Source: a virus (lineage: Duplodnaviria; Caudoviricetes). From it: a DNA stretch of 64,000 bases. The stretch spans positions 64,001-128,000 of IMG/VR virus record IMGVR_UViG_2595698952_000001. One strand, 5' to 3'. Shown in pieces: positions 19,850-28,335 of this stretch. The notes below the pieces were generated by a model, which made no database searches, was not told where the DNA came from, and saw nothing but the letters and a program-made list of their open reading frames with translations. The stretch's first letter is position 1. Every line of letters begins with the position of its first letter. Made by a program: the position numbers and the translations under genes.

Positions 19850-20002
19850 TCTTCTTTTTTACGTTTTGGTTTATTCATCTGCTAGGGAGGTGTGCCTGGG
19901 GGACCGGGGGCGATCTATTAGCGGAGGTGACAACGGTCACCGACATCCTTATTCCAAGGAACGCAGTGACATCCTTATTCGTCTTTTAACAGGAAGAGAA
20001 CC

Positions 20003-20320
20003 ATGTCGTTATTTGCAGTTGTGACTGAACACTTAAAACGTCAGGAAAACGAAGCCGCCCTTACCGCTATTAAAACTGCGTCCGGGGGAAAGCTCAACGG
20101 GGTGTTAGATAACCGCCGCCGGATACGAGCCTATATGGTCGGGGAAGATGACACCTTCTATTCTGACCTCAGTAACCGGGTGGTAAGCTGTGCGGTGCTG
20201 GTCATTCCAGACGGTACCTTTGACCAGTTCGAAAACGGCAAGCAATACGGTGAGTTGATGAACAATTACTCGACGCTGAACCTGCGTATTGATGACGCGA
20301 TTATCATCGTGGCTTGCTGA
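20003..20320 (+). CDS. Hypothetical protein
   Basis: ORF with AGGA RBS. Confidence 0.7.
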   Translation: MSLFAVVTEHLKRQENEAALTAIKTASGGKLNGVLDNRRRIRAYMVGEDDTFYSDLSNRVVSCAVLVIPDGTFDQFENGKQYGELMNNYSTLNLRIDDAIIIVAC

Positions 20321-20333
20321 TTACAATTATTCA

Positions 20334-20347
20334 CAGATATATATCAT
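20334..20347 (+). promoter_or_regulatory. Putative early promoter (CAGATATATATCAT)
   Basis: One of five intergenic copies of a motif resembling the phiKZ early promoter TATATTAC. Confidence 0.5.
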
Positions 20348-20438
20348 CCTAGTGAGTGATGTTCCTTATCGCTTAAATACCGACTGTGCTTTAGTCACAG
20401 CTTTTCGGTCAATTAGTGTTATTTACAGGAAACAAAAA

Positions 20439-21110
20439 ATGAAACGTGAACAAATGATTGAAATGGCAGCAAAAGGTTTGATGATTCTGTTACGGGATAC
20501 GCTGGAAGCGGAGAAGCGTACCCCAGAATTGATGCAGCCTTTGCTGGAAGATGCGGTTGACGCGTTCCTGCAACCGAACATGGATATCCGGGTACGGACG
20601 AACTGGGTACCTACCGAGATTTCCCCGGTGATGATTGGGCAGGATGGTTGGATTGCACCGACGGATGAAATGCTCCGTATTCCGCCGGTCTCAATAATCA
20701 TGATTCGTCTGCAAGAGCTGGCGAACGTTAACGTAGTGCGCGTCGGCATTAATGCGTGGACAAAGCCCGAGAGCATTGGCCATGGCCCGCAAGCCGCGTT
20801 CGTTATCTGGGTACAGGCCGGTGATGGCCCGGTGCACTCACTGCACATTCGTACCGAGACTTTCCCGCGCGGTCTTCCAAGTCACACCAAACAATACATT
20901 CCGGATGTCGACAGCCGTTCTATCAACGAACCCTGCTACCTGATGTCCGCGAAAGACGTGCGCAACATCTTCGGTGGTCACTACCCAGAATACTGGGAGT
21001 TCGAAAAGCTCAAGAAGCTGGCCGAAGGGTTGGGTTGGTACGAAGTGGAACAGCACGGTAACCAAATCCTGTTCCGCGCCAAACTCGCTATCCGTCGGGA
21101 GGAAGCGTAA
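20439..21110 (+). CDS. Hypothetical protein
   Basis: Start moved to ATG 20439 (AGGA RBS); coupled to the next gene. Confidence 0.75.
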   Translation: MKREQMIEMAAKGLMILLRDTLEAEKRTPELMQPLLEDAVDAFLQPNMDIRVRTNWVPTEISPVMIGQDGWIAPTDEMLRIPPVSIIMIRLQELANVNVVRVGINAWTKPESIGHGPQAAFVIWVQAGDGPVHSLHIRTETFPRGLPSHTKQYIPDVDSRSINEPCYLMSAKDVRNIFGGHYPEYWEFEKLKKLAEGLGWYEVEQHGNQILFRAKLAIRREEA

Positions 21111-21691
21111 TGGCTAAGGTTACCATTGAACAGCGCGAGATGAATTTCGACGAGCTGAAAGAACGTTACAGTGTGAAAGCCCCACGGGTCGTTGAAAGCT
21201 GCGAGAAGTATGCCGAGGCTGAACTAGTGGTCTTCCAGCAGGATAAGCTGCCTCTGATGGTGTTCGTGAAAACGTTCATCACCGAAGGCACGATGAAGCT
21301 CTGCTGTTTGACCAATGTGATTTCTAGTACGCTTGAAGTGGACGTGACGTTGATGCGCCGTTACAAAGACGCCTACATGAAGAAGGTCAATCTCGTGACC
21401 TTTGACTTCCCGCGTTCGATTATGGTGAACGGGTGCCGTCCTGCGATTCTGCGTTTCTCCCATCTGGAAGAAGATGAGCAGCCGGTGGAGAAATTCCAGC
21501 CGTACTCCATTACGCAGGAAACGTACCAACAGCGTGGCGGGTTAGATTGGCTGGACACGGTTGCTCCCAATATCTCCCGTGGGCAGGAAGTGCATCTTAT
21601 CTGCTATAACCCGGCGATTGAGCACACCATCTCCCGTCATCTGGTTGAGCAACACGGCTTCCAGCAACACCGTGCTATTTACATTCCGTAG
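21110..21691 (+). CDS. Hypothetical protein
   Basis: TAATG coupling and GGAGG RBS. Confidence 0.75.
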   Translation: MAKVTIEQREMNFDELKERYSVKAPRVVESCEKYAEAELVVFQQDKLPLMVFVKTFITEGTMKLCCLTNVISSTLEVDVTLMRRYKDAYMKKVNLVTFDFPRSIMVNGCRPAILRFSHLEEDEQPVEKFQPYSITQETYQQRGGLDWLDTVAPNISRGQEVHLICYNPAIEHTISRHLVEQHGFQQHRAIYIP

Positions 21692-21699
21692 GAGCTGCT

Positions 21700-22260
21700 A
21701 TGCGTGTTGTTGAAATTCGTAAAGATGTCTGGATGGAGTCGATTGCTGAAAGCGGTGGTTGGGAAGGGATTGAAGCAGACCTGCCTGAAACCAATGACGC
21801 CCCGTTGGTGCTATTGGTACAGGCGAAAGGCGAGCGTTTAATCCGCGGTATCTTCCACCGGGTAAATCTGGTTAACCCGCTGCTACGCGCCACCGCAGTG
21901 GGGTTATCTGAAATTGACCCAGATTGGTTTAAAGACTACATCAAACGCAAATCACCGAACAACGTGATTAACATTGAGCTGTGCGATGAAACCCGCATGG
22001 CGAGATTACAACCAACTGCGTTGTGTATTTACGATCCTAATCTGGAACAGGATACCCCGTCTGATATCAATCTCAAACTGGGTACCATTCTGGAGAGTAA
22101 CATTGTTCGTTTGGTCACGGACACGTTAGAGCATCTACAACCCCCGATGCTGATTATCCGTAATCCGAACGGGCTGGCGTTAGACCACCTGATGAATTAC
22201 CTCGAACACAACACGACCTATCTGGTTAACTCCAGAACTTACACCCTTAAAGGAGAATGA
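21700..22260 (+). CDS. Hypothetical protein
   Basis: AGGAG RBS. Confidence 0.75.
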   Translation: MRVVEIRKDVWMESIAESGGWEGIEADLPETNDAPLVLLVQAKGERLIRGIFHRVNLVNPLLRATAVGLSEIDPDWFKDYIKRKSPNNVINIELCDETRMARLQPTALCIYDPNLEQDTPSDINLKLGTILESNIVRLVTDTLEHLQPPMLIIRNPNGLALDHLMNYLEHNTTYLVNSRTYTLKGE

Positions 22261-22793
22261 AAATGCAATACGAAGGCTACGTTGTAACCCAGCAACCGTT
22301 TGTTGACACTAACCTGATGCGTTCTCAGGTCGTCTACGCTGATAAAGGTGCAGCGGTAGAAATCGCCCGCAGCCGACCTACTGGTCAACATATTAGCAAG
22401 GTGTCTATCGACATCACCAACCCGTTCATCACCGACAAGACCGACCCGTTCGTGGACATTGGCAAAATCAAACCATACGTCTCGCGTGAGCAGTTCCAAC
22501 AAATCGCGCAGGGTAATCCGGTCGAGCTGACCGAAACCAACGAATGGGAACGGATTCAGGAACGTCATCCGGGCTTAGGTCTGATGGAAGTGTTCCACGA
22601 ATTCCCGGACGAGTTCGATAAGCTGCCGATGTGGGCTGAGCAGCTTTATAACAGCACCACTGTTCACGATATGTTAGTCATGAACAATTTCGACGGGGCA
22701 ATCCATGCCGTTCATGGGCCGTATCCGGGTGCCGTTGCCTACCACACTTTCCACCCCGCACGCATTACCTTCATTAAAAAGGTAAGCCTGTAA
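22257..22793 (+). CDS. Putative ADP-ribosyltransferase-like (ART-PolyVal-like) protein
   Basis: VSIDITNPF...NNFDGAI...YHTFHPARI resembles the v.l.iknP / GyDGii / yvvF.p.QI pattern. Confidence 0.45.
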   Translation: MKMQYEGYVVTQQPFVDTNLMRSQVVYADKGAAVEIARSRPTGQHISKVSIDITNPFITDKTDPFVDIGKIKPYVSREQFQQIAQGNPVELTETNEWERIQERHPGLGLMEVFHEFPDEFDKLPMWAEQLYNSTTVHDMLVMNNFDGAIHAVHGPYPGAVAYHTFHPARITFIKKVSL

Positions 22794-22800
22794 GTTGTAC

Positions 22801-22837
22801 GGTAGAGACCTCCGGGTCTCTACCTTTCTCTTTTTTT
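22801..22837 (+). terminator. Intrinsic terminator
   Basis: GGTAGAGACC-TCCG-GGTCTCTACC plus T tract. Confidence 0.85.
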
Positions 22838-22868
22838 ACACTTAAGCCTAATATTAGTAGGGGCATCG

Positions 22869-23441
22869 ATGTTACAACTCCAATTGCACGAAAACGCCAC
22901 CCAGTTAAAGAACTGGGCCAAAGGTGATCACCTACCGAAAGGTGCGACATTATCCAGCGTGTCTATCCTGTTTAACGATGACACTAATCGGGTATTGACC
23001 CTGAACGACCCCGCGACGAATCTGCCTCTGGGTATCTTTGTTGACGAGTGTCATGGGCTGTTGCACACCATCCGCCCGGTCTTCTGGGACGCCTCCCTGC
23101 AAGGTGAGGTTAAGCTGGACGCATTCAAAGAGTACAGCAAAGACCGCTGCTACTTAGAAGCGTTCCTCTTATTACCGCCGGGACTGGTGAAAGCGGTGTA
23201 CGGAAAAATCCGCTACCGCATCTGGGTACCTGAGAAGGCACCACTGGGTCGGACGCTCACGAATTTCAATCTCTACATCGACGGGATGTGGAAAATGAAA
23301 CTGGATCTGGTCGAAGGGCACCCGGATTTAAATCTGATGCTGATTCGTACCTATGGCTTTGCCGGGACGGAATACAATATGGTCTCGGCACGGTTAAAGC
23401 AACTCGGTTTTAAGCGTACCGCTACAGCATTCGTAATATAA
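22869..23441 (+). CDS. Hypothetical protein
   Basis: 190-aa ORF. Confidence 0.7.
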   Translation: MLQLQLHENATQLKNWAKGDHLPKGATLSSVSILFNDDTNRVLTLNDPATNLPLGIFVDECHGLLHTIRPVFWDASLQGEVKLDAFKEYSKDRCYLEAFLLLPPGLVKAVYGKIRYRIWVPEKAPLGRTLTNFNLYIDGMWKMKLDLVEGHPDLNLMLIRTYGFAGTEYNMVSARLKQLGFKRTATAFVI

Positions 23442-23448
23442 ATCATTT

Positions 23449-23462
23449 CAGATATATATTAC
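23449..23462 (+). promoter_or_regulatory. Putative early promoter (CAGATATATATTAC)
   Basis: Contains the exact phiKZ early motif TATATTAC, in an intergenic position. Confidence 0.6.
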
Positions 23463-23573
23463 TTAGGTGAGCATTGAATGTCTCAATGCTTTTATAACCC
23501 GGTAGACTACCTGTATCTAACCCTGTCCCAAATACGTTGGACAGCCAGAGTCAGTCCGCCAAAGGAGAGTATC

Positions 23574-24878
23574 ATGGTTTGGAACGTAGACGTTTTCGTT
23601 AAGTCATTAAACATCCCCGGTTTTCAGGTGTTTGTTGAAAGTATCGACATCCCTAAAGTAGGGGACTTCACCGGGGTAGATTACCGGAAGCGCCAGAAAT
23701 TCATTGACGGTCTGGTCTCTTGGTTACAGTTGAAAAACCTGCACCTGCCGGAAATCGCCTGGGAAGTATCTGACATGCAGTACGGTGTCGTGGTGCGTAC
23801 CCAGGACGAACACCCGGAATTGAAAAAGACCGTGGTCGAGTTTGTGAACGATCAGATTTCCTACATGCTAACCCACGGCACGTTTGCTGAGTTTGCCTAT
23901 GATAAGTATTTCTGGGTGGATGCTGACGTAATGCCTAAGCAGGACACCCCTGACGTGAGCGAGGTGGGTAAAGCGCTTTACGAAGCAGCCCCCAATACCG
24001 TCAGGAAAAAGTTAGAGGAGTCTCCGTTCCCGCACAAACTACTTGAGCGTATCAACGATATGCTTCCTCCGGCAGTTAACGAGCGTGTGGTACGTGACTT
24101 CAATATCATGCTGCCACGCGAACAGGTGCTGCGGTCGTTGAATGGTTATCTGCGGGGACTGACGAAGTATTTCAGTAACGAGGTAGAAAACCTTCGCTAC
24201 AAGTGGCTCGAGTTGAAAGAGTGCCCGGCCACAAGCGTTCAGCACCTGACGCGCATTCCGTGCACCCGTGAAGAAGCGAGTCACATCGTGCTGGGTGTTG
24301 AAATACGCGGCCACAGCTTCGAGCACCTGGTTGCGGTAAGCGATATATTGGCGGCAACGCGTTTCCACCAGATGAACTCGGTGGATTTCGAATACCCGTT
24401 CTGGTTACCGGCACCGCAAGAGTGGGCACAGCCGTTGAAAGAGAGCGCTGGGTTAGATCCGTACTATACCCACGCAATCGACAACATGGATGCGAAAGAG
24501 AAACTGGATTTGGAGTTCCACCGCTTCCAGGAAAACCTGTCGCAGTTAATGGCCACGACACTGTATCGGGCGACTGATAATAAGCTGCCCCAACAAAACG
24601 ATGGGTTCATTCCACTACGTGCCGTTGAAACGTTGCTGGAAGATTTCGAGAAGTGGCTTGGATGGAACTTCTCCAACCTTCTTTATCCGGAGTTGGGCGA
24701 GTGGTCATTAAAGACCCACAAGTCAGACACCACTACGGTGACGGCGGAGATTGTCGACACGGTATCCTTTAAACGGTATATCGTGGCGTTCAACTACGAC
24801 GATTACTTCAAAGGGCATATTGCCGCAGGGCTAGATTGGCACCCTGAAGCGCGCACCTTCTGGCGCTTACCAAGCTAA
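23574..24878 (+). CDS. Hypothetical protein with three internal repeats
   Basis: ATG 23574 with AAGGAG RBS; repeats end in YFWV, PFWLP and TFWRLP. Confidence 0.75.
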   Translation: MVWNVDVFVKSLNIPGFQVFVESIDIPKVGDFTGVDYRKRQKFIDGLVSWLQLKNLHLPEIAWEVSDMQYGVVVRTQDEHPELKKTVVEFVNDQISYMLTHGTFAEFAYDKYFWVDADVMPKQDTPDVSEVGKALYEAAPNTVRKKLEESPFPHKLLERINDMLPPAVNERVVRDFNIMLPREQVLRSLNGYLRGLTKYFSNEVENLRYKWLELKECPATSVQHLTRIPCTREEASHIVLGVEIRGHSFEHLVAVSDILAATRFHQMNSVDFEYPFWLPAPQEWAQPLKESAGLDPYYTHAIDNMDAKEKLDLEFHRFQENLSQLMATTLYRATDNKLPQQNDGFIPLRAVETLLEDFEKWLGWNFSNLLYPELGEWSLKTHKSDTTTVTAEIVDTVSFKRYIVAFNYDDYFKGHIAAGLDWHPEARTFWRLPS

Positions 24879-24882
24879 TTGT

Positions 24883-24910
24883 TAGGCGACCTTCGGGTCG
24901 CCTACTTTCT
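24883..24910 (+). terminator. Intrinsic terminator
   Basis: TAGGCGACC-TTCG-GGTCGCCTA followed by CTTTCT. Confidence 0.75.
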
Positions 24911-24932
24911 ATTTATTTCACCGGGGACCATC

Positions 24933-25172
24933 ATGGAACTTATCATCGCCGATCGTGCTGGTAAGACTGTGGAGCGTTACAGAGTTATTTACTGTAGCCA
25001 AGCTTTGGATGATGTCATGCACTTTGTGGCCTATCCAGACGGGTATGTTATACCCATTAGTCGCGAAATTAGAGAATGCAAAGTTCCACTTACCGCGACT
25101 ATCCTCGCTTTAAACATCGCCACTCAAGAATCACGACGGTTCGAGATTGGCCAATATAAACTGTTAAATTAA
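24933..25172 (+). CDS. Hypothetical protein
   Basis: ATG after GGGGA. Confidence 0.6.
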   Translation: MELIIADRAGKTVERYRVIYCSQALDDVMHFVAYPDGYVIPISREIRECKVPLTATILALNIATQESRRFEIGQYKLLN

Positions 25173-25191
25173 TTCGACTATTGAGAAGAAT

Positions 25192-25626
25192 ATGAAAATC
25201 AAAACTTTCCTGAAAGTGGTTATTGCTGTTTGCGTTATCGGTGTGTTTCTGACGTATCTCGTGCCTGAGAAAGCGTTGGCGGATTCTATCCCTGCCGACG
25301 AAGCCTCTATGTTAAACCCGGACGAAGAACCGGTGTTAATGAAGAAGGTCGAGACGCTCAACATCTATAAGCTCATGGCAGCAGGTAAGTGTACGGGATT
25401 GGTCATTGAAGACGCAGACAAACGCCGCGGACATAAAGTCTATCAGCGGTTATACGACATCAGCTGTACCCAACCGGATATTTCGTCCGTGAGCGTACAG
25501 CCTCTCGAGCTGCCCAATCTCGTCGCCATTGATTTCTTTCACAATGCGACCATGGTTGGGAGAGTCACCCTCAATCGTGGAGATATAAAGGATGAAATCG
25601 TATCGCACAAACGCACACGCCATTAA
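25192..25626 (+). CDS. Exported/membrane-anchored protein
   Basis: N-terminal basic and hydrophobic segment, ALA-D cleavage-like site, Cys pair. Confidence 0.7.
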   Translation: MKIKTFLKVVIAVCVIGVFLTYLVPEKALADSIPADEASMLNPDEEPVLMKKVETLNIYKLMAAGKCTGLVIEDADKRRGHKVYQRLYDISCTQPDISSVSVQPLELPNLVAIDFFHNATMVGRVTLNRGDIKDEIVSHKRTRH

Positions 25627-26077
25627 AGTTATCCTGTTCACCGTGTTCCTGATGGGTATCGTGTTGTTCGCCCATCAGGCAAACGCTAACATTGAAAACG
25701 GGTGGTCTGGGAGTGTCTCTGGCGGTATCCCGGCCATCACCAAAGAATCCAGCTCAGGTAAACCATTCTGGTGCAATCAGTATGGTTTACTGCACAAAAC
25801 ATGTCGGGTCACTGACATCTCGCCTAGCAAGCGAATTGCAATCGTCAACCAGCCTCGTCCGGATGCCAATTGTCCGAATGGGGTCTGGGGTATCGTTGAC
25901 CGGTTGTCTGGTGTTGCTATGACGCTTTATCCAAACGATAAAGTGACTTTCGAAGAATATTGTCGTGGCAATTTCAAAGTGGGGTTTGTACATACCCGCA
26001 ATCCGAACTCCCTGGCAGATGTAGTGATGTACTTTAACAATAAGCCAGTGGAATCTTTAGAATACGTTACGGAGTAG
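25592..26077 (+). CDS. Secreted 4-Cys protein, paralogue 1
   Basis: Signal peptide (ANA-N); FWC..C...CP.G.WGIV...CRG. Confidence 0.75.
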   Translation: MKSYRTNAHAIKVILFTVFLMGIVLFAHQANANIENGWSGSVSGGIPAITKESSSGKPFWCNQYGLLHKTCRVTDISPSKRIAIVNQPRPDANCPNGVWGIVDRLSGVAMTLYPNDKVTFEEYCRGNFKVGFVHTRNPNSLADVVMYFNNKPVESLEYVTE

Positions 26078-26100
26078 TTCTCTACTTAAAGGGTGTAATC

Positions 26101-26514
26101 ATGAAACATTTCATGCTTCCATTGTTGTTTGCTGCACTGGTGAGTTTCTTCGCTAACGCTGCGGCACCGACCGTCGAATTGCCAAGGCAGGTTACGGATG
26201 TGTCGGACGGTTCGCTGTTCTGGTGTCAGAACAGCGATGTGGCGGATAAATCTTGTAACATTATCGCGCTCTCGGATAATGCCCGTTATGCGTTGGTCAA
26301 GATAGTTGGGGGTGTAGGTTGCCCCGACCCGCAATACGGCGTCATCAATCTCTCGACCGGTAAGGCGGGGATTATGATGTACAACAACAACCAAACGTGT
26401 CGCGGAGAGGCGGTGGCAGAATTTGCCCGCTCCCCCGAGGATAATACGTTGACCGTTATCCTGTACGACCCGACCAATCGCAAGAACGTCGGGGTTAACT
26501 CAATTACTTATTAA
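26101..26514 (+). CDS. Secreted 4-Cys protein, paralogue 2
   Basis: Signal peptide (ANA-A); FWC..C...CP..QYGVI...CRG. Confidence 0.75.
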   Translation: MKHFMLPLLFAALVSFFANAAAPTVELPRQVTDVSDGSLFWCQNSDVADKSCNIIALSDNARYALVKIVGGVGCPDPQYGVINLSTGKAGIMMYNNNQTCRGEAVAEFARSPEDNTLTVILYDPTNRKNVGVNSITY

Positions 26515-26525
26515 GGACTGTTGCC

Positions 26526-26921
26526 ATGCGTGGAGTTGTTGGTTGTTTGATGTTCGTTGTTGTTCTCGTGTCTTCTTTCGCGGTGAGCGCCTCGACGTCG
26601 GTTGGTGATTTGTTACTCACCGATTCTCAGTATCAGTATAATCCGCCGCCGTTTGAAGTTTGTACGACCAAGGCGGATGTGTGTAGCGAACTCGGACAAC
26701 ACGACCACTTCATTCTGGTAAAAGCAGACGGAGGTGCGACGTGTCCCGCAGGTTACTATTTCGTGTTGGACTCCGCAGCAAAAGAAATTATTCCGGTTGA
26801 CACGGTGACGTGTGACCCTACGCTTAAGGTCACCCTCGCCAAGAACACTAAAACGAAGAAGCACTTAGTCGTCGTAGAACAGCAAGGTAAGACAGTCGGC
26901 TCTGTGCCACTAGACAACTAA
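26526..26921 (+). CDS. Secreted 4-Cys protein, paralogue 3
   Basis: Signal peptide (VSA-S); VC..C...CPAGYYFVL...TCD. Confidence 0.75.
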   Translation: MRGVVGCLMFVVVLVSSFAVSASTSVGDLLLTDSQYQYNPPPFEVCTTKADVCSELGQHDHFILVKADGGATCPAGYYFVLDSAAKEIIPVDTVTCDPTLKVTLAKNTKTKKHLVVVEQQGKTVGSVPLDN

Positions 26922-27062
26922 GCAGCCTACACACAGGTGCCAACTGTAAGACGTCCACGACAACGTCTTACTTGACCTCGTAGTCTAAGTCCCCAACACT
27001 TCCGGGCTACGAGGTCCTTTTTGACCCCCCACTAATCGACTATCAAACCTTAAGGATTACCC

Positions 27063-27572
27063 ATGAATACTCAAACTGCACTTGATGCTCGCGTTGGTTT
27101 CTTTGCTCAACATAACGCCCGCCCTGATTACTTACGTTCTGTGCTATCTACTGCATGGAAGATGATTCAACTCGACGACCTCACTCGCCACACCAATGCA
27201 AGTGAATGGGATGAGACCGTCTATGCTCTCGCGAACACCATTGATTACGCGTGGGTGGAAGACGTGCTGCAATGTCGTCAACTGGATGTTTACTATCGCC
27301 GTATCATCGGCGCACAGCGCGTGCTCATGGCCATCGGTGCCAATCGTCGACTCCCGTCGTATCTTCTGACCGAGCGTCAGGACGACGAGACGTTAGACCA
27401 CGTTCTTATCAGCGACTTCTGGGACAACAGTGCGGACGTTCTCGAACTGTCCAGCGGTGAACGTATCGCCGCTAACCTGGTGTTCAGCTGTAACGCAGAC
27501 ATGTACAAACCGTATGCCGTGATTAATGGGAAAGAGGTTCCTGTTATTTCGCTTATGCATATGGGACTGTAA
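27063..27572 (+). CDS. Hypothetical protein
   Basis: TAAGGA RBS; terminator follows. Confidence 0.75.
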   Translation: MNTQTALDARVGFFAQHNARPDYLRSVLSTAWKMIQLDDLTRHTNASEWDETVYALANTIDYAWVEDVLQCRQLDVYYRRIIGAQRVLMAIGANRRLPSYLLTERQDDETLDHVLISDFWDNSADVLELSSGERIAANLVFSCNADMYKPYAVINGKEVPVISLMHMGL

Positions 27573-27577
27573 TCATA

Positions 27578-27607
27578 GAGGTAGCCTACGGGCTACCTTC
27601 TTTTTTT
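27578..27607 (+). terminator. Intrinsic terminator
   Basis: AGGTAGCC-TACG-GGCTACCT plus T7. Confidence 0.85.
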
Positions 27608-27625
27608 GATTAATAAGGATACACC

Positions 27626-28234
27626 ATGAACGAATTGACGTTGGTCCGTTTTATCCAGGCGATGCGCGTCCACGAACTGACCCCGACCAATAAACTGTAC
27701 ATCGATTTGATGGTCGAAGAAATCGAGGGCTTCCTGGAGTACCCGCGACTGGCTGCGTATTTCGAGAAGTACACACCGCAGGCATACGCGGAATTAAAAG
27801 ACGCCCTGGCAAATCAGCAGACACTTACGCTGAACACGACGCCGTTCAAGGCGTTAACCGCCATTGAACCTAACGGTTCGGTTGATGTACCACGCCGGGT
27901 ACTCTTCTTCTACGTAGACGGCGACAACATGGTCGCTGAGCGGGTTAACTGGATTGGTGAGGAACTCACAACAGAGAACTGGGTGGTGGGTGATGTGGGC
28001 AATGCCTGGAAAGAAGAAAACCACCAAACCTTCCCGTACGAAGAAATCCCGATGACCTATCTGTTCCCGGTTTATCTGGATAAAGCAGCGCCAGGCAAAA
28101 CTGCGGAACTGACAGCCTTGCTCTGTCAGCAAACAGCCGAGGTGGTAATGAGTACCGCTGGTAAAGCGTGGTGCGACCGGTCAAAAGCAGGGGACTATTG
28201 GTTACTCTGTGGCTACAAAAAGTTTAAAGAGTAA
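27626..28234 (+). CDS. Hypothetical protein
   Basis: TAAGGA RBS. Confidence 0.75.
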   Translation: MNELTLVRFIQAMRVHELTPTNKLYIDLMVEEIEGFLEYPRLAAYFEKYTPQAYAELKDALANQQTLTLNTTPFKALTAIEPNGSVDVPRRVLFFYVDGDNMVAERVNWIGEELTTENWVVGDVGNAWKEENHQTFPYEEIPMTYLFPVYLDKAAPGKTAELTALLCQQTAEVVMSTAGKAWCDRSKAGDYWLLCGYKKFKE

Positions 28235-28248
28235 TGGTATCAAAGACT

Positions 28249-28281
28249 TGGAGACCTTCGGGTCTCCATCTCTATTTTTTT
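28249..28281 (+). terminator. Intrinsic terminator
   Basis: TGGAGACC-TTCG-GGTCTCCA plus T tract. Confidence 0.8.
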
Positions 28282-28335
28282 ACGCTTGAAATCATGGATA
28301 TGTAGAAACTAATACTTTTTCATTAGAAGGCAACC

